DNA from: Mageeibacillus sp. UBA1046 | Lineage (GTDB): Bacteria; Bacillota; Clostridia; Saccharofermentanales; DTU023 | Length of the DNA: 46,731 bases | Direction of reading: 5' to 3' | Assembly (NCBI GenBank): GCA_002316595.1 | Contig: DCDV01000023.1 | Coordinates: forward strand, 13,010 to 59,740 | Shown: in pieces, positions 1 to 8,559 of the stretch | How the letters are laid out: the number at the start of each line of letters is the position of its first letter | How positions within the stretch are numbered: the first letter of the stretch is position 1 | Program-made: the position numbers and the translations under genes | The notes under the pieces: generated by a model | The model's input: only the letters and a program-made list of their open reading frames with translations | Database searches by the model: none | What the model was told of the DNA's origin: nothing

Positions 1-1
1 A

Positions 2-64
2 CAGATCTCAGAGCGGATCCCGCAGATTCCACGGTGGATCCCGAAGATCTCAGGGCAGCTCCCA
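2..64 (+). repeat. Three degenerate 21-bp tandem repeats in frame with rlmB (RSQSGSR/RFHGGSR/RSQGSSQ)
   Basis: cagatctcagagcggatcccg / cagattccacggtggatcccg / aagatctcagggcagctccca. Confidence 0.7.
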
Positions 65-953
65 AGGCAGAGGACAAGTCAGATTGCAAAAGACAGACTT
101 GCATGAAGCCGGACCTCCCGACCGTCTGGAAGGACGAAATCCGATCAAAGAAGCACTGCGTGCCGGACGCAATATCAATAAGGTCTGGATAAAGCGCAGA
201 GATTCCGGGCGCTATGACCAAGATCTCACCCGACTGGTTCAAGATGCCAAAAAAGCAGGTGCAGTGATTGTCGAAGTAGATGGAGATGTACTTGACAGCA
301 TGGCAACTTCATACGGTCATCAAGGAATAATTGCCCAGATCGCAGCCCATGAATATGTCACCCTGCCAGAGCTGATTGCCCGCGGAGAAGAACAGATAGC
401 AGAGAATACATACCCGTTGCTGATTCTGCTCGACGGTCTGGAAGAAAGCTATAATCTCGGCTCAATCTTGCGTATAGCGGATGCTGCCGGTGCAACAGGC
501 ATCATAATACCTGAAAGACGCTCCGTCGCTCTGGACGCAACAGTAGCGAAAGCCTCCGCGGGAGCGATAGAATACGTTCCGGTAGCGCGTGTCACCAATC
601 TCAGTAACACTATACAAACACTTAAAGATTCAGGGTACTGGGTCTACGGCGCGGACGCCCAAGGCACTGCCACTCCCGAAGGCAGTGACTGGTTACGGAA
701 AATCGCTCTCGTGATTGGCAGCGAAGGTAAAGGCATGAGCGCAAAAATCGTTGAGGCCTGTGATCATCTTGTGAGCATTCCTCAATACGGACGAGTCAAT
801 TCACTCAATGCTGCTGTAGCTTGCGGCATCCTGGTTTTTGAGGCAAAAAGACAAGCCAGACATAATAATGAAGGCGACAAGCCTTCTTTTGCTCCCTCCT
901 CTGAGGTCTTAATATCAGATGAAGATTTGCATTCTGAATCTGCAGAGGTCTGA
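3..953 (+). CDS. rlmB: 23S rRNA (Gm2251) 2'-O-methyltransferase, TrmH/SpoU family; probably 5'-truncated by the window edge
   Basis: SPOUT motifs (LDGLE..YNLGSILR, ASAGA, IGSEGKG, VNSLNAAVA) and the N-terminal EGRNPIKEAL. The frame has no stop from nt 3 to the track's TTG at 84. It lies directly upstream of sigH, as is usual in Firmicutes. Confidence 0.93.
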   Translation, partial: RSQSGSRRFHGGSRRSQGSSQGRGQVRLQKTDLHEAGPPDRLEGRNPIKEALRAGRNINKVWIKRRDSGRYDQDLTRLVQDAKKAGAVIVEVDGDVLDSMATSYGHQGIIAQIAAHEYVTLPELIARGEEQIAENTYPLLILLDGLEESYNLGSILRIADAAGATGIIIPERRSVALDATVAKASAGAIEYVPVARVTNLSNTIQTLKDSGYWVYGADAQGTATPEGSDWLRKIALVIGSEGKGMSAKIVEACDHLVSIPQYGRVNSLNAAVACGILVFEAKRQARHNNEGDKPSFAPSSEVLISDEDLHSESAEV

Positions 954-959
954 TTCCAG

Positions 960-1592
960 ATGGCGGCCTCTCAACTCTCTCCTCATGCTCAAAGAGATCT
1001 CAGGCTGGTTAAAAATTACCGTTCAGGTGATCTTGACGCTGCTGAAGAAATTTTTGCAGCCTATAAACCCTTAGTTATAGATCGTGCCAGAAGATATTTT
1101 ATCCAAGGCGGCGAACAGGAAGATTTGATTCAGGAGGGCATGATTGGTTTATTTCAGGCATTAGAAATCTACGACATCGATTCCGGCCTGCCCTTCGCCG
1201 CTTTGGCTGAACGGCTGATCCAGGCAAGACTAATTGATGCCGTCCGTTCAGGGGCCAGACAGAAACATCGGCCTTTGAATGAATCACTTTCCCTGGATGC
1301 TAAATCAGAGTACTCTGCCGGCACAGATTCTTTTGCTGCCAAACTGGATGACACGTTGGATGACACGTCAGAGATAAACCCTGAAGATAAAGCCATCGCT
1401 AAAGAAGAACTTGAAGCTCTGCATACTTTCATGCAAAATAAACTTAGCCCTTTGGAGGCAAAAGTAGTGTCACTTCTCCAGCAAGGCCTGAGTTATCGGG
1501 AAGCTGGCAGGCTGCTGAATAAAAATGAAAAAAGCATTGATAACGCTGTGCAGCGAATAAGGCGTAAAATGAAACACTACTGGGATGAATAA
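960..1592 (+). CDS. sigH: RNA polymerase sigma factor SigH (sigma-70 family)
   Basis: YFIQGGEQEDLIQEGMIGLF (region 2), KHRPLN.S.SLD, and KSIDNAVQRIRRK (region 4). Adjacent to rlmB. Confidence 0.9.
   Translation: MAASQLSPHAQRDLRLVKNYRSGDLDAAEEIFAAYKPLVIDRARRYFIQGGEQEDLIQEGMIGLFQALEIYDIDSGLPFAALAERLIQARLIDAVRSGARQKHRPLNESLSLDAKSEYSAGTDSFAAKLDDTLDDTSEINPEDKAIAKEELEALHTFMQNKLSPLEAKVVSLLQQGLSYREAGRLLNKNEKSIDNAVQRIRRKMKHYWDE
1345..1368 (+). repeat. Perfect 12-bp in-frame tandem duplication in the sigH linker (LDDTLDDT)
   Basis: tggatgacacgt x2. Confidence 0.85.
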
Positions 1593-1640
1593 CAGGATTA
1601 ATTAAGTTAGTTAAGGACAAATCTGTAAGTTTCTGAGTTA

Positions 1641-3029
1641 ATGGATAGTAAATTGCGAAATGAGAATATACCGCCGGAGAAGAAGCACAGGTGGTGGACC
1701 TCCGGTCTCCTGATAATAATTGTTATTATTATTCTGTCTATTGTGGGATGCGATAATGTGCTCGCTAAATTAATACCGCAAGAAGACAGCACTCCTGAAG
1801 GACTTACTTTAAGCTTAGTTTCAGAACGATCTATGAGTTCTCTGGAGTTGGCGCACTCGCTCGCTTTGGCTGTAAGATCTAATCGAAGTTCGGAAGCAGT
1901 CTATTCTTCAATTCCCAGAACACAAACGGATGGCCTGGACCAAACTTCCTTCTTTCAATTTATTCAGGCTCTTAAAAAGGGTATAACCAGCCCGATAACA
2001 GAAATTATTGCCATGGATAACGATGAAAAAGAGGTGATCCTGACCTTATTAGAAGGTGGAAATCCTGCTATCTATGAACTGGCGCAGCGGTCAGATTTTT
2101 ATGCTCTGCATTATGAGAATGACAGTAATGATGTCGGTTTTGATTATGAAAATGACAGTAATGATGTCGGTTTTGTTGTCGCAATTCAGAAGGATGAAGA
2201 TGGTGTGGCCTATTTAGATCAAGACTGGACTCAGGGCATCATCTCTATAGACAATTATATGATGTTGTATTTTGAAGCAATCAATAATAACAGCTTTGAC
2301 GCCTTGTATGCTCTGCTGGAGAGCAGCGTGAATCCCGCCAGTGAGATTGAAAAAGAGGTTTTGACTGCGCGCTGTCAGGCAACGTTAGATTATTATCACA
2401 ATGAAATCAGAACTCAGGGAGACCAGCTCGAACTCCAGAGAATCTATCCAGGTTATGCAGAAATAGAGCAATACGCTACTTTGACCTCGAATCTCAATCA
2501 AAGAATTCGCCGGATTATCCGTTTTCAGGAACGTGATAATTACTTAATTGCTACTGATCCTGTAACTGAGACATTACGAGTTGAAGACTTGAGTGTTATA
2601 GCTAACGGAGAGACACTAATCACCCTGGATGAAGATTTAGCAGCTTTGGAAGTATCTTCTGCCGACTTTGATAAAATTCTTGGCACTCCACTCTCGCATG
2701 GCTCTGACTCTTGCTTTCGTATCGCAGAGGGGCTGGATATTTTTACAGTTGAGTACCCCGGCATTATCATAACAGTGCTTGGAGATTGCACAGATGAACA
2801 TCAAAACTGGAGCGGTGTGGTAACCAGGGCAGAAATCTCGTACAGTAATTTTGCATTGGGATCAGGACTAAGTCCCGGATTACATATCAATGAGTTATAT
2901 CTTCGTTATCCCTTCGCACGCGAAAACGACTATCTGCTCCAAAGACAGATAGACGATTTCACTTTTACTTTGGCTATACAGGTAGAAGCCGGCCATATTG
3001 CCAAGCTGACACTTACCTCAGATTATTAA
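1641..3029 (+). CDS. Acidic putative lipoprotein of unknown function
   Basis: 462-aa ORF. A basic N-terminus and hydrophobic stretch end in a lipobox-like IVG-C. No catalytic motif recognised. Confidence 0.75.
   Translation: MDSKLRNENIPPEKKHRWWTSGLLIIIVIIILSIVGCDNVLAKLIPQEDSTPEGLTLSLVSERSMSSLELAHSLALAVRSNRSSEAVYSSIPRTQTDGLDQTSFFQFIQALKKGITSPITEIIAMDNDEKEVILTLLEGGNPAIYELAQRSDFYALHYENDSNDVGFDYENDSNDVGFVVAIQKDEDGVAYLDQDWTQGIISIDNYMMLYFEAINNNSFDALYALLESSVNPASEIEKEVLTARCQATLDYYHNEIRTQGDQLELQRIYPGYAEIEQYATLTSNLNQRIRRIIRFQERDNYLIATDPVTETLRVEDLSVIANGETLITLDEDLAALEVSSADFDKILGTPLSHGSDSCFRIAEGLDIFTVEYPGIIITVLGDCTDEHQNWSGVVTRAEISYSNFALGSGLSPGLHINELYLRYPFARENDYLLQRQIDDFTFTLAIQVEAGHIAKLTLTSDY
2110..2175 (+). 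repeat. 33-bp in-frame tandem duplication (YENDSNDVGF x2)
   Basis: attatgagaatgacagtaatgatgtcggttttg / attatgaaaatgacagtaatgatgtcggttttg, with one synonymous mismatch. Confidence 0.9.
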
Positions 3030-3078
3030 TAGGATTTGAGAAAAGTACAGTAACCGGAACAGCTGAAGAATCTGTTAA

Positions 3079-4887
3079 TCAGTTATCTTTCTTTTCTATC
3101 CGAAAATCGCAGTAATCGTCACCTTCCATTATGGTGTGATTGCGAGTAAAGCAAAGATCCTCATTATACCCCTCGAACAAACAGCCATCGCGGTTGCATG
3201 AAAGAATAAAACCAAGATCTTCCAGTCCGTGTTTTCTATACATCTCTGCATACCTGCAACGAGTTACATCCCAGCTGGTGTCATCGGTGCTGACTTTCTT
3301 AACGTCCAGATCTAAGGCATCCTTAGAGAAAATGGGCAGTAAGTGCTCGACAAATTCAGGCATTTCATTTTTATCAACGCGCTCAGCCCAGCTCTCACCT
3401 GTTTGATGAGCCAGATCTTTAATTATTCCTTCAACTATCTTATGGGTTTTTTCTTTGCCGACTTCCTTCTCAAAGGCTCTGATTATCGGCGCTAAGACAA
3501 GTGCTTCAATCTCTCTCCTGATTAGTAATGGAACATCATCAATTGTCGTCATCTTCAGTCCCTTTCCCCGCTCAATGAAACTTTGCATTTCTTCCGGCGG
3601 TACCATGCTGCCGCCGGTTGCCCAGACAATATGGGTGGCCTCCGGCATCACTTCTGTCAAATTATTCGCTTCCAGCCAGGCTTTGCCTGCAGAAGATGCG
3701 CTCAGCATCTCAGGTCCAACCATGCCTGCCAAGGCCGATGGCTCTAATTTTATACCTTCAGTTTTTTCCAGGCAGCTAAGCAAGCTGTATAAATGTTCAT
3801 CAGTAACCGTCAAGCAGCCGGCAAGCGATGGTTCCAGCTTATCACATACCGGACCGGAAGCTCTGGAGACAGCAAGTCCGTCCGCTTCGGTTTTGCCGGT
3901 AAGGCCAATATCATATACAGATATATTCTCATGCAACCCTGTAGCAAGACCCAGAAGCACGCAAGGGGATTGTGTCGGTTCAGCAAAGAAAACATAGACA
4001 TTCTCACCATAGAGCTGACGAAGCCCCCAGCCGACTCCGCCGGGTCCGGTACCTACTCCGCAGGGTATATAAACAAAAAGAGGATGATCCTTGTCAACTT
4101 TAATCTTCAGATCTTCAAGCTGTTCACGAAGGCGCAAAGCAGCTACGGAGTAGCCCATAAAGAGGTCCTCCGAATTTTCATCATCAACGAAATGACAATT
4201 AGGATCAGCTTCTGCAGATTTTCTGCCTTCAGCCACAGCCTTACTATAATCGTCTTCGTATTCAATCACAGTGACACCCAGCGATCTGAGTTTATCCTTC
4301 TTCCACGGCCTGGCATCGGATGACATGTGCACGGTAGTTTTAAAGCCAAGCTGAGCACTGATAATGCCGACTGATAAACCAAGGTTGCCGGTGGAACCGA
4401 CTGCGACTGAGTAATCTGAAAACACCTTCTTATTCTCCAGAGAAGATAAAACAGCATAGTCATCTTCCAGACTGATTAATTTATGCTTTAAGGCGATTTT
4501 CTCGGCTAGTTTGAGAATCTCATAGATCCCGCCGCGGGCCTTGATTGAGCCGGAAACGGGCAGAATGTCATCACGTTTTAAATACAGCTTTCCTTGGATA
4601 CAGCCATCAGGATCAAGCTCCCGCTTCATCCGATTGATCGGCACCAGCGGTGATTCTATCAATCCGTGGCTGGCGGCGGTGGCAGGAAAGTTTAGCTCTA
4701 TCCAGGGTGCAAAGCGCTGTAAACGATCAGCAGCTTCTTGCATGGCTGCTAAAGATTCTTCATCGGCAACATTCAGTGAGCCCAGCTTGCCCCTCTTGGG
4801 GTTAAACCAGATAAACTCTTCCTTCTTCCGGAGCAGAGAGATTACCTCCCTGGCTTCATCACTTAAGTTTTTCAGCAATTCCGTCAT
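3079..4887 (-). CDS. dsdA: D-serine ammonia-lyase (PLP, fold type II) fused to a C-terminal L-2-amino-thiazoline-4-carboxylate (ATC) hydrolase-like domain
   Basis: Residues 1-445 carry DsdA motifs: LP.SGSIKARGGIYE, VGSTGNLGLS, HFVDDENS, PCGVG.GPGG, ADGLAV.R.S, LEPSALAG, HIVWATGG.MVP. Residues 446-602 carry VTRCRYAE...LG..LSC.RD....G......R..TIMEG..YCDFR, the ATC_hydrolase pattern. RBS AAGGAGG precedes the ATG at 4887. Confidence 0.88.
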   Translation of the reverse strand: MTELLKNLSDEAREVISLLRKKEEFIWFNPKRGKLGSLNVADEESLAAMQEAADRLQRFAPWIELNFPATAASHGLIESPLVPINRMKRELDPDGCIQGKLYLKRDDILPVSGSIKARGGIYEILKLAEKIALKHKLISLEDDYAVLSSLENKKVFSDYSVAVGSTGNLGLSVGIISAQLGFKTTVHMSSDARPWKKDKLRSLGVTVIEYEDDYSKAVAEGRKSAEADPNCHFVDDENSEDLFMGYSVAALRLREQLEDLKIKVDKDHPLFVYIPCGVGTGPGGVGWGLRQLYGENVYVFFAEPTQSPCVLLGLATGLHENISVYDIGLTGKTEADGLAVSRASGPVCDKLEPSLAGCLTVTDEHLYSLLSCLEKTEGIKLEPSALAGMVGPEMLSASSAGKAWLEANNLTEVMPEATHIVWATGGSMVPPEEMQSFIERGKGLKMTTIDDVPLLIRREIEALVLAPIIRAFEKEVGKEKTHKIVEGIIKDLAHQTGESWAERVDKNEMPEFVEHLLPIFSKDALDLDVKKVSTDDTSWDVTRCRYAEMYRKHGLEDLGFILSCNRDGCLFEGYNEDLCFTRNHTIMEGDDYCDFRIEKKDN

Positions 4888-4908
4888 AAGAATCCTCCTT
4901 AATATAGC

Positions 4909-4932
4909 GAGCCCGGGATTAATCCCGGGCTC
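4909..4932. terminator. Perfect 24-bp GC-rich palindrome after rpoC, without a U-tract
   Basis: gagcccgggattaatcccgggctc. On the - strand it is followed by GCTATATT and then the dsdA RBS. Confidence 0.55.
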
Positions 4933-4955
4933 ACTTCAGTAACTTGCATCATATT

Positions 4956-7900
4956 TTAGCTGACAGCTCCGCTTTGCTGCTCAGTCTCTTCCAGCAGTTC
5001 CATATTTTCAGGAACTACCGGAATAGCAGTTATATTGCGATAACGATGCATACCGCTGCCTGCAGGAATCAGCTTGCCGATAATGACATTTTCTTTCAGC
5101 CCCAGCAAGGGATCAACTTTACCCTTAACAGCTGCATCGGTAAGTACTCTGGTTGTCTCCTGGAAGGATGCTGCCGACAGGAATGAATCCGTGGCAAGCG
5201 ATGCCTTGGTGATTCCGAGAAGTACACGGTTGCCCTCAGCCGGTCTAAGTCCTTGAGCTTCTGCTGCGGCATTAGCTCTTTCAAAATCAAACATATCAAC
5301 CAGACTGCCTGTCAGCATATGGGTGTCACCGGAATCATCAATCCTGCACTTACGCAGCATCTGCCGGGTAATGATCTCAATGTGCTTGTCATTAATTTCA
5401 ACACCGTTATTTTTATAAACCTTAAGTACCTCAGTAATAATATACTTCTGTACTCCCTCGGGTCCTCTGATCCTCATAATATCCTGTGGATTAACTGAAC
5501 CATCCGTAATGAAGTCTCCCAATTCAACGTAGTCACCGTCATCAACCAGAGTAGGAATGGAGAGAGGAACTGTGTGAGACTTGCTCTCACCATCCGCAGA
5601 AGTAACGATAACTTCGCGCTTCTTCTTATCGGTTTCAACAATATTGACTGTACCTTCCAGTTCAGCAATAATTGCCTGGCCTTTAGGTTTGCGTGCTTCA
5701 AACAGCTCTTCAACACGCGGCAGACCCTGTGTAATATCGTCGGTAGACGCGATACCACCCGTATGGAAGGTACGCATGGTAAGCTGCGTGCCTGGCTCAC
5801 CGATTGACTGTGCGGCCATAATACCCACAGCTTCACCGACACCTGCAGGTTTGCCTGTTGCCAGATTAACGCCATAACATTTAGCACATACTCCTGAAGG
5901 ACACGCACAGGTCAAATTGCTTCTGATTTTAATCTTATTCAGATTAGCATCTTCAACAAACTGTGCTTGATCATTAGTTATCAGATCGCCGGCTTTAATT
6001 ATCGTCTTCTGAGTTGCGGGATCGATTACATCACCTGCGGCATAGCGTCCGCGCACCCGGTCATACAAAGTCTGAACCACTCTGCTCTTATTCTTGCCGC
6101 CGACTGTAATTGCGGAAACTTCAATGAATTCTTTGGTCTGACAATCTTCTTCGCGAATTATCACATCCTGGGCAATGTCTACCAAACGTCTGGTCAAGTA
6201 ACCGGAGTCTGCTGTCTTCAATGCGGTATCAGACAAAGCTTTACGGGCACCGTGAGAGGAGATAAAGAACTCCAGCACATTCATGCCTTCGCGCAGATTA
6301 GATTTAATAGGAATCTCAACGGTACGGCCTGTTGTGTCAGCCATGTTTCCGCGCATACCGGCTAATTGCTTAATCTGATTGATATTACCCCGCGCTCCCG
6401 ACTGAGACATCATATAGACCGGATTAAAACGGCTGAGATTCAGTTTAAGCGCCTCTGTAATATTGTCGGTAGTGCGCCTCCAGATATCAACAACTGCACG
6501 GTATCTGCCCTCTTTATTCAGCAATCCGCGCTGGTGATGACGGTTAACCTCCGCGACTTTTTCTTCAGCTTCTGCAATCAGCTTTTCTTTAACGTCCGGT
6601 ACGACCATATCAAATATCCCGATCGAGATTCCCCCGATTGTCGAGTAGTGGAAACCCATTGCCTTGATCTGATCAAGAACTATTGATGTCTCGGTAACCC
6701 CATGGATATGGATGCACTTCTCTATGATTTCCCCTAACTGTTTCTTGCCAACCAGAAAATCACATTCCAGCTTCAAGAGATCTTTGCCGCCCGCAGATCG
6801 GTCAACAAATCCCAGATCTTGAGGAATAACTGTATTGAAGATGAATCTGCCCATGGTTGAAGTAATTACTCCGCTGATAGTTTTACCATCTACCTCAACA
6901 GTCCTTCTGACTTTAATAGGCTGCCGCAAAGTAATCAAATTTTTCTCATATGCCATATTCGCTTCATCTGCATCGCAGAAAGCGGGCAGATTATCGGGGT
7001 CAAAGTCTTCCGGTTCCTGGTCGATCGTCAGGTAATAGATACCCATTACCATGTCTTGAGTAGGCACAGTGACCGGTTTTCCATCCTGCGGCTTGAGTAA
7101 ATTGTTCGAAGCCAGCATCAAAAATCTCGCTTCAGCCTGTGCTTCTGATGATAATGGTACATGCACGGCCATCTGGTCACCGTCAAAGTCGGCATTGTAA
7201 GCTGTACAGACCAAAGGATGCAGCTGGATGGCGCGTCCTTCAACCAGCACAGGCTCAAAGGCCTGAATGCCCAGACGGTGCAATGTGGGAGCACGGTTTA
7301 GGAGTACCGGATGATCCTTGATCACTTCTTCAAGCGTATCCCATACCAAATCTCCGCCTTTTTCCACTAAACGCCGGGCAGATTTGATATTCTGTGCAAG
7401 CTCTTTTTTAACTATTTCGCACATCACAAAGGGCTTAAAGAGTTCCAGTGCCATTTCCTTGGGCAAGCCACACTGATGCATCTTGAGCTCAGGGCCAACA
7501 ACGATAACTGAACGTCCGGAATAGTCAACACGTTTACCCAGCAGATTCTGACGGAAACGTCCCTGCTTGCCCTTGAGCAGATCAGACAGAGATTTCAGAG
7601 CCCGATTTCCCGCTCCAGTGACTGCTCTGCCGCGCCGCCCGTTATCTATCAAAGCGTCCACAGCTTCCTGCAGCATTCTCTTTTCGTTTCTGACCATGAT
7701 ATTAGGCGCACCTAATTGCAACAGCTTGTTCAAACGATTATTGCGGTTAATCACACGGCGATAGAGATCATTCAAGTCAGATGTGGCAAAACGTCCGCCG
7801 TCTAACTGAACCATAGGACGCAATTCAGGAGGCAGCACAGGAAGTACATCTAGAACCATCCATTCGGGATTGAATCCCGACAGCTTGAAAGCCTCAATAA

Positions 7901-8537
7901 CTTCTAATCTCTTGATCAGCCGGCTCTTCTTCTGGCCCTTTGCTTGTTGCAGCTGCTCTCTAAGATCATCAGCCAAAGCAGCAATATCGATCTGACTTAA
8001 CAAATCTTTGATTGCTTCCGCGCCCATTTTGGCAACAAAGTCATGGCGTCCATATTCATTGATATAGTCTCTGTATTCGCGCTCGTTAATAATATCGTAT
8101 TTTTTTAGATCAGTAGAACCCGGATCTATTACGATATAAGCTGCAAAATATAGAATCTTCTCAAGATTGCGCGGAGACATGTCCAGGAGCAGCCCCATAC
8201 GACTGGGGATCCCGCGGAAATACCAGATATGTGATACGGGGGCAGCCAGACGGATATGTCCCATACGCTCGCGCCTGACCTTTGATTTGGTGACTTCTAC
8301 ACCGCAACGGTCGCAGACAATACCCTTATATCTGATTTTCTTGTATTTACCGCAATGACACTCCCAATCTTTGGTAGGCCCAAAAATCTTCTCACAGAAC
8401 AAACCGTCCAGCTCTGGTTTAAGTGTGCGGTAATTTATTGTTTCAGGTTTCTTAACCTCGCCGTGAGACCATTCCAGTATTTTTTCCGGTGAGGCAAGAC
8501 CTATACCAATTGCTTCAAAATTAATAATTTCAGACAT
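4956..8537 (-). CDS. rpoC: DNA-directed RNA polymerase beta' subunit
   Basis: NADFDGD active site, N-terminal Zn finger (CHC...CDRC), [23 protein letters not shown]. Confidence 0.99.
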   Translation of the reverse strand: MSEIINFEAIGIGLASPEKILEWSHGEVKKPETINYRTLKPELDGLFCEKIFGPTKDWECHCGKYKKIRYKGIVCDRCGVEVTKSKVRRERMGHIRLAAPVSHIWYFRGIPSRMGLLLDMSPRNLEKILYFAAYIVIDPGSTDLKKYDIINEREYRDYINEYGRHDFVAKMGAEAIKDLLSQIDIAALADDLREQLQQAKGQKKSRLIKRLEVIEAFKLSGFNPEWMVLDVLPVLPPELRPMVQLDGGRFATSDLNDLYRRVINRNNRLNKLLQLGAPNIMVRNEKRMLQEAVDALIDNGRRGRAVTGAGNRALKSLSDLLKGKQGRFRQNLLGKRVDYSGRSVIVVGPELKMHQCGLPKEMALELFKPFVMCEIVKKELAQNIKSARRLVEKGGDLVWDTLEEVIKDHPVLLNRAPTLHRLGIQAFEPVLVEGRAIQLHPLVCTAYNADFDGDQMAVHVPLSSEAQAEARFLMLASNNLLKPQDGKPVTVPTQDMVMGIYYLTIDQEPEDFDPDNLPAFCDADEANMAYEKNLITLRQPIKVRRTVEVDGKTISGVITSTMGRFIFNTVIPQDLGFVDRSAGGKDLLKLECDFLVGKKQLGEIIEKCIHIHGVTETSIVLDQIKAMGFHYSTIGGISIGIFDMVVPDVKEKLIAEAEEKVAEVNRHHQRGLLNKEGRYRAVVDIWRRTTDNITEALKLNLSRFNPVYMMSQSGARGNINQIKQLAGMRGNMADTTGRTVEIPIKSNLREGMNVLEFFISSHGARKALSDTALKTADSGYLTRRLVDIAQDVIIREEDCQTKEFIEVSAITVGGKNKSRVVQTLYDRVRGRYAAGDVIDPATQKTIIKAGDLITNDQAQFVEDANLNKIKIRSNLTCACPSGVCAKCYGVNLATGKPAGVGEAVGIMAAQSIGEPGTQLTMRTFHTGGIASTDDITQGLPRVEELFEARKPKGQAIIAELEGTVNIVETDKKKREVIVTSADGESKSHTVPLSIPTLVDDGDYVELGDFITDGSVNPQDIMRIRGPEGVQKYIITEVLKVYKNNGVEINDKHIEIITRQMLRKCRIDDSGDTHMLTGSLVDMFDFERANAAAEAQGLRPAEGNRVLLGITKASLATDSFLSAASFQETTRVLTDAAVKGKVDPLLGLKENVIIGKLIPAGSGMHRYRNITAIPVVPENMELLEETEQQSGAVS

Positions 8538-8559
8538 ATTATCCCTCTTGTATCAGACC

